This document shows positions 27,470 to 39,597 of a stretch of DNA of 46,368 nt, in pieces. The first letter of the stretch is position 1. Each line of letters starts with the position of its first letter. Below the pieces are notes generated by a model. The model had not been told where the DNA came from. It made no database searches and saw nothing but the letters and a program-made list of their open reading frames with translations. This stretch comes from an uncultured Gemmatimonadota bacterium (GTDB taxonomy: Bacteria > Gemmatimonadota > Gemmatimonadetes > Palauibacterales > Palauibacteraceae): assembly GCA_964450995.1 (NCBI GenBank), contig CAYVFM010000002.1, positions 1-46,368 of the forward strand, given 5' to 3'. A program made the position numbers and the translations under genes.

Positions 27470-27651
27470 CGTCGCCCCCGATCTGCGGCCGGCCCCTCTT
27501 TCGCCTCGGGCCGGCTCGTGGCAGGATTGGAAGCGGGGCCGGGACCGACGGTCCGCCGCCGCGGACCGGACCCGGACACCCGACCGCCCCGACCCCGGCG
27601 CGTCGGTCGGCGCCGCGCCGTCGAGACGACCATCCCATCCCCCGGTACCGC

Positions 27652-29790
27652 ATGAGCGAGACCACCGCCGAGGCGACGACCTCCGACGCGGCCGGCGACC
27701 GCCTGGACGCCATGTCCGTCGAGGAGATCTCCATCCACACCATCCGGACGCTGGCCATGGACGCCGTCCAGGAGGCCGACTCCGGCCACCCGGGCACGCC
27801 GATGGCGCTGGCGCCCGTGGCCTACCTCCTCTACCGGCACCTCCTGCGCCACGATCCCCGCGACCCGGAGTGGTTCGACCGCGACCGGTTCGTCCTCTCG
27901 GCGGGGCACGCCTCGATGCTGCTCTACGCGGTGCTCCACCTCACCGGCTACGACCTCGGCCTCGACGAGATCCGGGACTTCCGCCAGTGGGGCAGCCGGA
28001 CGCCGGGCCACCCGGAGAACTTCCTGACGCCGGGCGTGGAGACGACCACCGGCCCCCTGGGCCAGGGCGTGATGAACACCGTGGGGATGGCCATGGCCGA
28101 GAAGCACCTGGCGGCCCGCTTCAACCGGCCGGGCCACGAGATCGTGGACCACCGGACGTGGGCCATCTGCTCCGACGGCGACCTGATGGAGGGGGCCTCG
28201 CACGAGGCCGCGTCCCTGGCCGGCCACCTGGGGCTCGGCAAGCTCACCTGGATCTACGACGACAACCACATCACCATCGACGGATCCACCGACCTGGCCT
28301 ACAGCGAGGACGTGGCCGCCCGCTTCGAGGCTTACGGCTGGCACGTGATCGACGTGGGCGACCGGGCGGAGGACCTGGACGCCCTGGACGGCGCTCTCCG
28401 GGCGGCCCGGGACGAGGAGGACCGTCCGTCGCTGGTGATCGTCCGCTCGCACATCGGCTACGGGGCCCCGGAGAAGCAGGACACGGCCGCGGCCCACGGC
28501 GCGCCCCTGGGCGAGGAGGAGGTCCGCGCGACGAAGCGCTTCTACGGCTGGCCGGAGGACGAGCGGTTCCTGGTCCCCGACCGCGCCCGCGAGCACATGC
28601 GAGAGGCCGTCGAGCGGGGCCGGCGCCTGCGGGAGGACTGGGAGGATCGGCTGGCGGCCTACCGGGACGAGCACCCCGAGGCGGCCCGGTCCTTCGAGGA
28701 GGCCCTGGCCGGCGACCTGCCCGAAGGCTGGGACGAGGGGCTCCCGGACTTCGGCCCCGACGACGGGCCCCTGGCCACGCGGAAGGCCTCCGGCCTGGCC
28801 CTGGACGCCCTGGCGCCGCGGATCCCCTGGCTGATGGGGGGGAGCGCCGACCTCACGGGGTCGAACAAGACACACATGGAGGTCTCCGGGATCTTCCAGG
28901 ACGACACGCCGGAGGGGCGGAACCTGCGGTGGGGCGTTCGGGAGCACGGGATGGCCGGCGCCACCTCGGGGATGGCCCTGCACGGCGGCGTCCGGCCCTT
29001 CGCGGCCACCTTCTTCATCTTCACCGACTACGCCCGCCCCTCCCTCCGGCTGGCGGCGATGATGGAGCTGCCCGCGATCTACGTGCTCACCCACGACTCC
29101 ATCGGCCTGGGCGAGGACGGCCCCACCCACCAGCCGGTGGAGCACCTGGCCTCGTTCCGGGCCATGCCGAACATGCACGTCCTGCGGCCGGCCGACGCGG
29201 CCGAGGCCGTGGAGGCGTGGCGGGCGGCCCTGCGCCGGCGGGACGGGCCCACGATGCTCGTGCTCACCCGACAGAAGGTGCCGGTCCTCGATCGCTCGGA
29301 CGGCGCCGAGCGCCCCCTGGCCCCGGCCGTCGGACTGCACCGCGGGGCCTACGTCCTCTCCCCGGAGCGCGGCGCCGGGGCCCTGGCGGAGCTGGCCCGC
29401 CCGGGCGCCGACCCGGCCGCGGCGGACGGGATCGAGCCCCCGGACCTGGTCCTCATCGGGACCGGATCGGAGGTCCAGCACTGCCTGGACGCCCAGGAGG
29501 CGCTCGAGACCGACGGCCTCCGCGTCCGGGTGGTGAGCATGCCCGGCTGGGAGCGGTTCCGGGACCAGCCCCGGGCCTACCGGGACGCGGTCCTGCCGCC
29601 GGAGACCGGGGCGCGGCTCGCCGTGGAGGCCGGGGCCACCCTGGGCTGGGACGCCTGGGTCGGGCCCGAGGGCGACGTCGTCGGCCTCGACCGGTTCGGC
29701 GCCAGCGCCCCGGCCGGGGAGAACTTCCGGCGGCTGGGCTTCACCGGCGAGGACGTCGCCGGGAGGGCCCGGACCCTCCTGGAGGGCTGA
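27652..29790 (+). CDS. tkt: Transketolase
   Basis: 712 aa. Contains [44 protein letters not shown] and a C-terminal domain. The alternative ATG at 27712 ([19 protein letters not shown]) matches the E. coli N-terminal length. Neither start has an obvious SD. Confidence 0.95.
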   Translation: MSETTAEATTSDAAGDRLDAMSVEEISIHTIRTLAMDAVQEADSGHPGTPMALAPVAYLLYRHLLRHDPRDPEWFDRDRFVLSAGHASMLLYAVLHLTGYDLGLDEIRDFRQWGSRTPGHPENFLTPGVETTTGPLGQGVMNTVGMAMAEKHLAARFNRPGHEIVDHRTWAICSDGDLMEGASHEAASLAGHLGLGKLTWIYDDNHITIDGSTDLAYSEDVAARFEAYGWHVIDVGDRAEDLDALDGALRAARDEEDRPSLVIVRSHIGYGAPEKQDTAAAHGAPLGEEEVRATKRFYGWPEDERFLVPDRAREHMREAVERGRRLREDWEDRLAAYRDEHPEAARSFEEALAGDLPEGWDEGLPDFGPDDGPLATRKASGLALDALAPRIPWLMGGSADLTGSNKTHMEVSGIFQDDTPEGRNLRWGVREHGMAGATSGMALHGGVRPFAATFFIFTDYARPSLRLAAMMELPAIYVLTHDSIGLGEDGPTHQPVEHLASFRAMPNMHVLRPADAAEAVEAWRAALRRRDGPTMLVLTRQKVPVLDRSDGAERPLAPAVGLHRGAYVLSPERGAGALAELARPGADPAAADGIEPPDLVLIGTGSEVQHCLDAQEALETDGLRVRVVSMPGWERFRDQPRAYRDAVLPPETGARLAVEAGATLGWDAWVGPEGDVVGLDRFGASAPAGENFRRLGFTGEDVAGRARTLLEG

Positions 29791-29793
29791 GCC

Positions 29794-30294
29794 GTGCGCG
29801 TCGCCGTCGGGGCCGACCACGCCGGCTACCGCTACAAGGAGCTGCTGGCCGACGACCTCCGGGACGCGGGCCACGAGGTGCTGGACCTGGGCACCGACAG
29901 CGACGCCTCGGTGGACTACCCGGACTACGCCCGGGCGGTGGCGGAAGCGGTCCGCGAGGGGCGGGCCGACCGGGGGCTGGTGGTCTGCGGCAGCGCCGTG
30001 GGCGTCACGATGGCCGCCAACAAGGTGCCCGGGATCCGGGCCGGCACGTGCCACGACTGCTACTCGGCCCGCCAGGCGGTGGAGCACGACGACATGAACG
30101 TGCTCTGCCTGGGCGAGCGGGTGGTGGGGATCGAGCTGGCCCGGGAGGTCCTCCGGGCCTTCATGGGCGCCGAGTTCACCGGCGAGGAGCGGCACCGCCG
30201 CCGGCTCGGGAAGGTCGAGGCCATCGAGCGCGACTACGCCGGGGGCGACGGGGACGACGGAGCGGACGGACCCGAGGCCGGCCCGCAGCCGTAG
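29794..30294 (+). CDS. rpiB: Ribose-5-phosphate isomerase B
   Basis: 166 aa. Contains VAVGADHAGYRYKELL, LVVCGSAVGVTMAANKVPGIRA and NVLCLGERV. GTG start lies 7 nt after GGAGGG and 3 nt after the tkt stop. Confidence 0.93.
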   Translation: MRVAVGADHAGYRYKELLADDLRDAGHEVLDLGTDSDASVDYPDYARAVAEAVREGRADRGLVVCGSAVGVTMAANKVPGIRAGTCHDCYSARQAVEHDDMNVLCLGERVVGIELAREVLRAFMGAEFTGEERHRRRLGKVEAIERDYAGGDGDDGADGPEAGPQP

Positions 30295-30304
30295 TAGCCC
30301 ACGG

Positions 30305-30323
30305 CCGGGCGCGCCGCGCCCGG
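30305..30323 (+). terminator. GC hairpin between rpiB and tal-pgi (CCGGGCGC-gcc-GCGCCCGG); possible attenuator or partial terminator
   Basis: An 8-bp perfect stem with a 3-nt loop, 11 nt after the rpiB stop, followed by a 12-bp palindrome CCGCCCGGGCGG. There is no U tract. Confidence 0.25.
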
Positions 30324-30388
30324 TCGGCCCGCCCGGGCGGCGCGGCGACGCCGGCCCGAGATCACACCGAACCGGGGGACGAACGGAG

Positions 30389-33256
30389 ATGAACCCTCTC
30401 CTCGAGCTGCTGGAGCACGGCCAGAGCTACTGGCTGGACAACCTCACCCGCGAGATGATCCGGAACGGCGAGCTGGAGCGCCGCGTCCGGGAGGAGGGGC
30501 TGCGGGGGGTGACGTCCAACCCCGCCATCTTCAGCAAGGCCATCTCCGGGGGCGGCGGCTACGACGAGCAGATCGAGCGGCTCGCCCGCGAGGGCCGGGG
30601 GCTGGAGGAGACCTTCGAGCGCATCGCGGTGGAGGACATCCGCGACGCCTGCGATGTCCTCCGCCCGGTCCACGACGAGTCCGGCGGCCGCGACGGCTTC
30701 GTGAGCCTCGAGGTCTCGCCCCACCTGGCCCACGACACCCGGGGCTCGATCGAGGAGGGGCGGCGGCTCTTCCGGGCCGTGGACCGCCCGAACCTGCTGA
30801 TCAAGATCCCGGGCACCCCGGCCGGGGTGCCCGCCATCGAGGAGCTGCTCTACGAGGGCGTGAACGTGAACGTCACGCTTCTCTTCTCGGTGGACGCCTA
30901 CGAGGCGGTGGCCCGGGCCTATCTCAGGGCCCTGGAGCGGCGACGGGAGGAGGGCGCGTCGGTGGACGACGTGGCCTCGGTGGCCAGCTTCTTCCTGAGC
31001 CGCATCGACGTCCTCCTGGATCGCGTCCTGGGCCACCGCGTGCTCCCGGGCCGGGAGCACGACGGGCCGGCGCCCGAGGCGCTGATGGGCGAGGCCGCCG
31101 TGGCCAACGCGAAGCTTGCCTACCGCCGCTTCCGGGATCTCTTCTCCGGCGAGCGCTGGGAGGCGCTGGCCGGGGCGGGCGCGCGGCCCCAGCGGATGCT
31201 CTGGGCCTCCACCAGCACCAAGAACCCCCTCTATCGCGACGTCCGCTACGTGGAGCCGCTGATCGGCGAGCACACGGTCAACACCCTGCCGGAGCGGACC
31301 ATCGACGCCTTCGCCGACCACGGCCGCGTCGAAGAGACCGTGGAGGACGGCTTCGAGGAGGCCGAGCGCACGATGGCCGCGCTGGAGGAGGTCGGGATCG
31401 ACTTCGACCACGTCACGGCCCAGCTCCTCCACGAGGGGGTCGAGAAGTTCATCGCCCCCTACGACCGCCTCATGGCGACCCTGGCCGAGCGGCGGCGGGA
31501 GCTGGTCGGCTCCGAGCTCGCCCGGGTGGAGGACGCCCCGGGGGAGCTGGAGGGGCACCGCGACGACGCCCTGGACGCCCTGGACGAGCGCCGCTTCGTC
31601 CGCCGGCTCCACGCCCGGGACGCGTCCCTGTGGGTCGGCCGGGAGGGCGACACCGCGTCGGTCCGGCGGCGGCTCGGCTGGCTGGACGCCGGCGAGCGGT
31701 TCCGGGACCGCCTCTCCGGCCTGGTCGAGCTGGCCGCCTCGGTCCGCGAGGAGGGCGTCGAGGACGTCGTCCTCCTGGGCACCGGCGGCGCCGTCGGGGG
31801 CGCCCGGGCGATCCACGGGGTCCTGGGCTCGGCGCCCGACCACCCCGTGCTCACCGTCCTGGACGACCCCCATCCCGAGGCCGTGGCCCGGGTGGAGGAG
31901 GCGGTGGACCCGGCGAAGACGCTCTTCGTCGTGGCCAGCAAGTCCGGCGAGACCGCCGAGACGATGGGCCTGTACCGCCACTTCTGGCGGCTGGCCGAGG
32001 CGGCGACGGGGGGCGACCCCGCCGACCGGTTCGTGGCCGTCACCGACGACGGCACGCCGCTGGCCGAGGAGGCTCGGGAGCGGGGCTTCCGGGAGCTGCT
32101 GCTGAACCCGAAGGACGTGGGGGGGCGCTACTCGGCGCTGACGCTCTTCGGGCTCGCGCCGGCGGCGCTGATCGGCGCCGGCCCCGGCGACCTGCTGGAC
32201 CGGGCCGCGGACATGGCCCGGGCCTGCGACCCCGCCCTGCCCGCCGCCCGCCACCCCGGGGTCCGGCTGGGCGCCCTGCTGGGCATGGCCGGCCGACGGG
32301 GGCGGGACAAGGTCACCCTCTTCACGTCCGACCGCCTGGAGGCGTTCCGGCCCTGGCTGGAGCAGCTCCTGGCGGAGAGCCTGGGCAAGGACGGTCGCGG
32401 GCTGGTGCCGGTGGCCGGCGAGACGCCGGTGGTCCCCGCGGCCTACGGGGACGATCGGCTCTTCGTCCACCTCTCCCTGGCGGAGGAGGAGGACCGGGGC
32501 CTGGTCGACGCCCTGGACGAGCTGGAGGAGGGCGGCCACCCCGTGGTCCGCATCGAGCTGCCCACACCCCTCCACCTGGCCGGCGAGTTCCACCGGTGGG
32601 CGCTGGCGACGGCCACCGCCGGGGCCGTCCTGGAGGTCGACCCCTTCGACCAGCCCGACGTCGAGGCGGCCAAGGAGGAGACCCGGGCCCTGCTCTCCGA
32701 CGGCGGCGACGCCCCCCTCTCCGGGGGCGACGGCCGGCGGGTGGACGAGGGCGTCCGGCTGTTCGGTGACACCTCCTGGCTGCCGGCCGACGGTGCCGGG
32801 CTCCTGCACCGGGTGGCCGACGCGGTGCCGGAGGGAGGGTGGCTGGCGCTGCTGGCCTTCTTCCCGCTGGACGCCGCCCGCTCGGAGGCCCTGGAGGCGC
32901 TGCGCCGGTCCCTCTGGACCCGAACGGGCGCGCCGGTGACGGTGAGCCGCGGCCCCGCCTACCTCCACGCCACCGGCCAGCTCCACAAGGGCGGCCCGGA
33001 GGGCGGGGTCTTCCTCCTGCTCACCGAGGCCGGGACGCCGGCCGGCGCCGACGTCCCGGGGGCGGACCACGGCCTGGGCCGCCTGCACCGGGCCCAGGCC
33101 CTGGGCGACCAGCGGGCCCTGGAGCGCCGGGGCCGCCGGGTCCTCCGGCTGGAGCTGGACGACCCCGGGGACGGGATCCGGCGGCTCCACGAGGCCCTCC
33201 GCTCGGCCGAGGAGGCCGCCGCCCCGGCCGCCGGCGCGGCCGGCCCCGCGGGCTAG
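30389..33256 (+). CDS. Bifunctional transaldolase / glucose-6-phosphate isomerase fusion
   Basis: 955 aa. The N-terminal ~370 aa are transaldolase (GQSYWLDNLTR, VTSNPAIF, FVSLEVSP, LIKIPGT). The C-terminal ~580 aa are PGI-like (FVVASKSGETAET, GGRYSALT, DQPDVEAAK). Confidence 0.9.
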   Translation: MNPLLELLEHGQSYWLDNLTREMIRNGELERRVREEGLRGVTSNPAIFSKAISGGGGYDEQIERLAREGRGLEETFERIAVEDIRDACDVLRPVHDESGGRDGFVSLEVSPHLAHDTRGSIEEGRRLFRAVDRPNLLIKIPGTPAGVPAIEELLYEGVNVNVTLLFSVDAYEAVARAYLRALERRREEGASVDDVASVASFFLSRIDVLLDRVLGHRVLPGREHDGPAPEALMGEAAVANAKLAYRRFRDLFSGERWEALAGAGARPQRMLWASTSTKNPLYRDVRYVEPLIGEHTVNTLPERTIDAFADHGRVEETVEDGFEEAERTMAALEEVGIDFDHVTAQLLHEGVEKFIAPYDRLMATLAERRRELVGSELARVEDAPGELEGHRDDALDALDERRFVRRLHARDASLWVGREGDTASVRRRLGWLDAGERFRDRLSGLVELAASVREEGVEDVVLLGTGGAVGGARAIHGVLGSAPDHPVLTVLDDPHPEAVARVEEAVDPAKTLFVVASKSGETAETMGLYRHFWRLAEAATGGDPADRFVAVTDDGTPLAEEARERGFRELLLNPKDVGGRYSALTLFGLAPAALIGAGPGDLLDRAADMARACDPALPAARHPGVRLGALLGMAGRRGRDKVTLFTSDRLEAFRPWLEQLLAESLGKDGRGLVPVAGETPVVPAAYGDDRLFVHLSLAEEEDRGLVDALDELEEGGHPVVRIELPTPLHLAGEFHRWALATATAGAVLEVDPFDQPDVEAAKEETRALLSDGGDAPLSGGDGRRVDEGVRLFGDTSWLPADGAGLLHRVADAVPEGGWLALLAFFPLDAARSEALEALRRSLWTRTGAPVTVSRGPAYLHATGQLHKGGPEGGVFLLLTEAGTPAGADVPGADHGLGRLHRAQALGDQRALERRGRRVLRLELDDPGDGIRRLHEALRSAEEAAAPAAGAAGPAG

Positions 33257-33271
33257 GGCGGGAGCACACTC

Positions 33272-34312
33272 TTGGCGCTGCGCATCGTCGAGCTGATCCT
33301 CCCGGAGGAGGCCTGGGAGGAGAGCGGCCTGGACCTGGAGGGGAGCTTTCGCGTCCACGACCGGTGGGCCGAGGAGCTCCTGGAGGGCCGGCGCCGGATC
33401 GGCCTCCTGATGGACGCGGCCGACACCGAGCCCCTCCTGGACGAGCTCGACCACCGCTTCGGCGACCGGGAGGGTTACCGGGTGACCCTCATCCCCGCCG
33501 AGGCCACCCTGCCCCGCCCCGAGGAGCTCGAGGAGGAGGACGGCCCGGCCGGGACGAGCGGGGACGAGGAGAACCTGCCGGACCGGATCAGCCGCGAGGA
33601 GCTCCGGGCCAAGCTGGCCGAGGGTGCCGAGGCCGACGCCACGTTCCTGGTGATGACGGCGCTCTCGACGGTGGTCTGCGCCTTCGGCCTCCTGGCCGAC
33701 GACGTGGCGGTGGTCATCGGCGCCATGGTCATCGCCCCCCTCCTGCCGCCCCTGGTGGCCCTGTCGCTGGCGGCGACCCTCGCCGACCGGGACCTGGCGG
33801 GCCGGGGGCTGCGGGCCGGGACGACCGGTCTCGTGGTGGCCTTCCTCCTCTCCGCCGGCCTCGGCCTGGTGGTGTCGGTGGACCCCGGGATGCCACAGAT
33901 CGCCGCCCGCAGCTCGCCGGGCCTGGGCCACGTGGCGGTGGCCCTGGCGGCCGGGAGCGCCGGCACCCTGGCCTTCACCACGGGCCTGCCGACGGCGATC
34001 GTGGGCGTGATGGTGGCCGTGGCCCTGGTGCCGCCGCTGGTGGCCGCGGGTCTCCTGATCGGGGCCGGCCACCTGGGAGCCGCGGCCGGCGCGGTCGTGC
34101 TCACCGCGGTGAACCTGATCTGCGTGAACCTGGCGGGGGTCGTGACTTTCCTCGCCCAGGGCGTCCAGCCGGGCCGGTGGTGGGAGGCCGAGAAGGCCCG
34201 GCGCGCGACCAGGATCGCCATGGGCCTGTGGACCCTGATGCTGGCGATCCTGGTGGTCCTGATCCTCGTCATGCCCGGAGGGGAGGCCCTCCAGGTCGTG
34301 CCCGCGCCCTGA
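33272..34312 (+). CDS. DUF389 / TIGR00341 family membrane protein
   Basis: 346 aa. A soluble N-terminal ~110 aa is followed by ~6 TM segments (FGLLADDVAVVIGAMVIAPLL...). TTG start lies 7 nt after GGAG and 15 nt after the tal-pgi stop. Confidence 0.75.
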   Translation: MALRIVELILPEEAWEESGLDLEGSFRVHDRWAEELLEGRRRIGLLMDAADTEPLLDELDHRFGDREGYRVTLIPAEATLPRPEELEEEDGPAGTSGDEENLPDRISREELRAKLAEGAEADATFLVMTALSTVVCAFGLLADDVAVVIGAMVIAPLLPPLVALSLAATLADRDLAGRGLRAGTTGLVVAFLLSAGLGLVVSVDPGMPQIAARSSPGLGHVAVALAAGSAGTLAFTTGLPTAIVGVMVAVALVPPLVAAGLLIGAGHLGAAAGAVVLTAVNLICVNLAGVVTFLAQGVQPGRWWEAEKARRATRIAMGLWTLMLAILVVLILVMPGGEALQVVPAP

Positions 34313-34341
34313 GCCCGGGGCCGCGGGTCGTCGCCGGGATC

Positions 34342-34356
34342 GCCCGCCCGGCGGGC
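34342..34356. terminator. GC palindrome/hairpin in the convergent gap between DUF389 and dnaJ
   Basis: GCCCGCC-c-GGCGGGC in a 57-nt gap between two convergent stops. It could serve both directions. There is no U tract. Confidence 0.25.
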
Positions 34357-34369
34357 CGGCCGCACCGGC

Positions 34370-35545
34370 TCAGCCGGTGAAGGCCTGCCGCACCCGCTCC
34401 CAGAAGCCCGGCTCGCGGTCGGCGGGCTCCGGGGGCTCGTCCTCCACCTCGGCCAGGGCTCGCAGGGCCGCCCGCTGGTCCTCGTCCAGGTCCTCCGGGG
34501 TCCAGACCCGGATCCGGGCGAGCTGGTCGCCGCGCCCCTGGCCCCGGAGCCGCGGCATCCCCTCCCCCCGCATCCGGAGCACCTGCCCGCTCTGGATGCC
34601 GGCCGGGACCTCCACGGTCTCGGTGCCGAAGATCGTCGGCACCTCCACCTCGGTGCCCAGCGCCGCCTGGGAGAACGTCACCGGAACGTCGCAGAGCAGG
34701 TCGTCGCCGCGCCGCTCGAAGCGCGGGTCCTCCTCCACTTCGACCGAGACCAGCACGTGACCCCGGGGGCCGTCCTGCGGCCCCACGTTGCCACGGTGGC
34801 TGAGCTTGAGGTAGTCCTCCGAGGAGACGCCGGCCGGGACCTCGACCTTGAGCCGCTTGCGCTGGCGGACCCTGCCCTCGCCCCGGCACTCCGGACAGCG
34901 CTCCCGGATCGTCCGTCCCTCGCCGCCGCAGTCCGGGCAGGGCCGGACGCTGACCATCTGGCCCAGCATGGAGCGCTGGACGCGCCGGACCTCGCCGGCC
35001 CCCTCGCAGGTGGAGCAGCGCTCGGGGGACGTGCCCTCGGCGGCGCCGTCGCCGCCGCAGGCCTCGCAGGACTCGAGGACCTCCAGCTCCACGCTCTTCT
35101 CGACGCCGCGGGCGGCCTCCTCCAGGGTGATCGCGAGCTCGACCTCCTGGTCGCGTCCCCGGCGCCGGCCGCCCTGCCGACCCGACGAGCCGCGTCCGCG
35201 GCCGCCGAAGATGTCGCCCAGGCCGCCGCCCCCCATGCCGCCGAACTCGCGCATGAAGACCTCGAAGGCGTCGGAGAAGTCGCGGAAGCCCGCGCCGCCC
35301 CCGCCGCCGCGGCCCCCGCCCCGGCCTCCGACCCCGGCCTCGCCGAACCGGTCGTACCGTCGGCGGGTCTCCGGGTCCCGGAGGACCTCGTAGGCCTCGG
35401 TGACGCGCTTGAACTTCTGCTCGGCGTCCGGATCGTCGCTGCGATCCGGGTGATGCTCCATCGCGAGCTCGCGGTACGCCTTCTTGATCTCGTCCTGCGA
35501 GGCGTCCCGCGAGACGCCGAGCGTTTCGTAGTAGTCCTGGCCCAT
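34370..35545 (-). CDS. dnaJ: Molecular chaperone DnaJ
   Basis: 391 aa from ATG 35545: MGQDYYETLGV...HPD (J domain), a G/F-rich region, four CxxCxGxG zinc repeats, and a C-terminal substrate domain. The track's 10-aa longer GTG start is less consistent with DnaJ N-termini. Confidence 0.95.
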   Translation of the reverse strand: MGQDYYETLGVSRDASQDEIKKAYRELAMEHHPDRSDDPDAEQKFKRVTEAYEVLRDPETRRRYDRFGEAGVGGRGGGRGGGGGAGFRDFSDAFEVFMREFGGMGGGGLGDIFGGRGRGSSGRQGGRRRGRDQEVELAITLEEAARGVEKSVELEVLESCEACGGDGAAEGTSPERCSTCEGAGEVRRVQRSMLGQMVSVRPCPDCGGEGRTIRERCPECRGEGRVRQRKRLKVEVPAGVSSEDYLKLSHRGNVGPQDGPRGHVLVSVEVEEDPRFERRGDDLLCDVPVTFSQAALGTEVEVPTIFGTETVEVPAGIQSGQVLRMRGEGMPRLRGQGRGDQLARIRVWTPEDLDEDQRAALRALAEVEDEPPEPADREPGFWERVRQAFTG

Positions 35546-35631
35546 CGCTCCCCGTGATCGCTGAGATGGCGGCACCGCTCCGGTCCACGTCTACGCCGGC
35601 CGCGGCGCTCGCGTTCCCCGGACGGCAGGCC

Positions 35632-37847
<2,216 letters not shown>

Positions 37848-37906
37848 TCATGGGACGCTGGACACGCTCGCCCGGGCCGGCGCCCGCCCTCAGCCGGTGT
37901 TCGCGC

Positions 37907-38593
37907 TCAGCCGCCGCTCCCGGTCCGCGATCGAACCCGTCGCCAGCGCTCCCGAGCCCGTCGCGCGGCGGCCGCATCGGCCCGGCGGACGCCGGCCTCC
38001 AGGGCGGCCGCCACCTGCTCCGGCTCCGCCCCCGACCTGAGGGCGCCCCGGAGGTGGGAGTGGAGCTGGGGCGGCCAGTCCGCGGCCGCCAGCAGGGCCA
38101 CCACGCACAGCTCCCGGTCGGGCACGTCCAGGCCGGGGCGGGCGAGCACCCGTCCGTACCCTTCCTCCACCATCCACCGGTCCATGGCCGGGTGCAGGCG
38201 GCGGACGCCCCGCCGCAGCTTCCGGTAGGCCGCGTCGCCGTAGATCCGCCGGCAGAGCCGCTCCCCCCGCTCCCGGCGCTCCTCCACGCCCGGTCGGTCC
38301 GGGTCGGCCGGCTCCCCCGGGCCGTCCTCCTCCAGGGCGCCCCTGTCCGCCGGCCGTCCGGCGCCGCTCTCCCGCCACCGGGACAGGGCCGTCAGGGCCG
38401 CCGGGTAGCCCACGAAGAGGTGGGCCTGGAGGAGGGCCTCCTCCACGGCTCTTCGCTCCAGGCGTCCCTCCTCCACCCGGGCCGCGGCGTCGGCCAGCGC
38501 CCGGTCACGGTCGTCGGCCCCGCCACCGCCCAGGGCCGCCGACAGCTCGACCAGGGCCCGGAGACCGGCCGGGAGCGGATCGTCGCCGGTCAC
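37907..38593 (-). CDS. Carboxymuconolactone decarboxylase (AhpD-like) family protein
   Basis: The C-terminal 228 aa of track ORF 37907..39493, starting VTGDDPLPAGLRALVELSAALGGG, with RELCVVALLAAADWPPQLHSHLRGALRSGAEPEQV typical of the CMD fold. The GTG start overlaps the asparaginase stop (GTGA). Confidence 0.7.
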   Translation of the reverse strand: MTGDDPLPAGLRALVELSAALGGGGADDRDRALADAAARVEEGRLERRAVEEALLQAHLFVGYPAALTALSRWRESGAGRPADRGALEEDGPGEPADPDRPGVEERRERGERLCRRIYGDAAYRKLRRGVRRLHPAMDRWMVEEGYGRVLARPGLDVPDRELCVVALLAAADWPPQLHSHLRGALRSGAEPEQVAAALEAGVRRADAAAARRARERWRRVRSRTGSGG

Positions 38594-39597
38594 GGACCGC
38601 CCGGCACGGGGGCCCGCGCCGACACCATCCGGGCCTCGATGCGGCCGACCTCCTCGCCCGTGGTGCTCCGGATCGCCGGCCGCCGGAGCTCCGCCAGCTC
38701 CCGGGCCTCGCCCGGGGAGAGCAGGTCCGCGCCGGCCAGCGCCTCCAGGGCGGCCGGCGCCGCGGCCCGGCGGGCCCCGTCCGTCACCTTGAGCGCCATC
38801 CCCCAGCCCCCTTCCCGGTCGGCCAGGCAGAGCACGCCCTCGGCCCCCTCCTTCGCCAGCAGGCGCCCGCCGGTGGCCTCCATGATCCGGGTCACGGGCC
38901 GACCCGGGCCGGAGACAAGCTCCGGGTGCCCCGTCATCGCATCCACAACACGGGCCGCCGCACCCCGGGCCCGGACCAGCCGGGCGAAGGCCCGCGCCAT
39001 CTGCCGGAGGGCCAGGCGCGGCGTGGGGACCCCGCAGCCGTCCGTGCCCCATGCCAGCCCCTCGGGATCGACGTCCAGCCAGCGGGCCAGCTCGGCGCGA
39101 ATCCGGCGCTGGACGGGATGGTCGGGGCGGTGGTAGCCCTCCAGCGGCCATCCCCGGTGGGCGGCCAGGACCAGCATGCCGGCGTGCTTGCCCGAGCAGT
39201 TGTTGTGGAGGGCGGTGAAGGAGCCCCCGCGCCGGAGGACGTCCCGGGCCGCGTCGCTGGAGAAGGGGGTGTGCGCCCCGCAGGTGAGGCGATCCGGATG
39301 GAGGTCGACCGCCCCCAGGATCCGCCGGACGCCGTCGAGGTGCCGCGGCGTCCCGACGTGGGAGGCGCAGATCAGCGCCAGGGCCGGGGCGTCCAGGCCG
39401 GCGGCGTCCAGCGCGCCGTCCTCCACGACCGGCAGCGCCTGGAAGGGCTTCATGGAGGAGCGCCAGTGCGCCGGGACCGAGGGGTCGCCCCACCTCAGCT
39501 CCTCCCCCGCCCCGAGCCCGGCCAGGACCGCGTGGACCCCGTGCCGCGACTCCAGCTCCCCGCCGCGGCTCACCCGCACCTCTCCTCGGCCTTTCAT
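38590..39597 (-). CDS. Asparaginase_II (PF06089-type, Rhizobium AnsA-like) family protein
   Basis: The C-terminal 335 aa of track ORF 38590..40488, starting MKGRGEVRVSRGGELESRHGVHAV. Contains RSSMKPFQALP, ASHVGTPRH, HNNCSGKHAGML, GTDGCGVP and KEGAEGV. The ATG overlaps the EamA stop (ATGA). Confidence 0.8.
   Translation of the reverse strand: MKGRGEVRVSRGGELESRHGVHAVLAGLGAGEELRWGDPSVPAHWRSSMKPFQALPVVEDGALDAAGLDAPALALICASHVGTPRHLDGVRRILGAVDLHPDRLTCGAHTPFSSDAARDVLRRGGSFTALHNNCSGKHAGMLVLAAHRGWPLEGYHRPDHPVQRRIRAELARWLDVDPEGLAWGTDGCGVPTPRLALRQMARAFARLVRARGAAARVVDAMTGHPELVSGPGRPVTRIMEATGGRLLAKEGAEGVLCLADREGGWGMALKVTDGARRAAAPAALEALAGADLLSPGEARELAELRRPAIRSTTGEEVGRIEARMVSARAPVPGGP

Noticed and set aside
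26616-30392. 1258-aa plus-strand ORF spanning prmA (antisense) and tkt/rpiB (same strand, other frame)
   Set aside because: It is off-frame relative to transketolase and has an Arg/Pro/Gly/Ala composition. It is an artefact of stop-codon depletion in GC-rich DNA.
27466-34072. 909-aa (27466..30195) and 1236-aa (30362..34072) minus-strand ORFs
   Set aside because: They are antisense to tkt and tal-pgi/DUF389, give junk-like translations, and the plus-strand genes are clearly real.
35546-35631. Heat-shock control elements (CIRCE TTAGCACTC-N9-GAGTGCTAA, or a sigma32 promoter) upstream of the orphan dnaJ
   Set aside because: No match was found by eye. dnaJ may be read through from obg-dprA. No dnaK or grpE is in the window.
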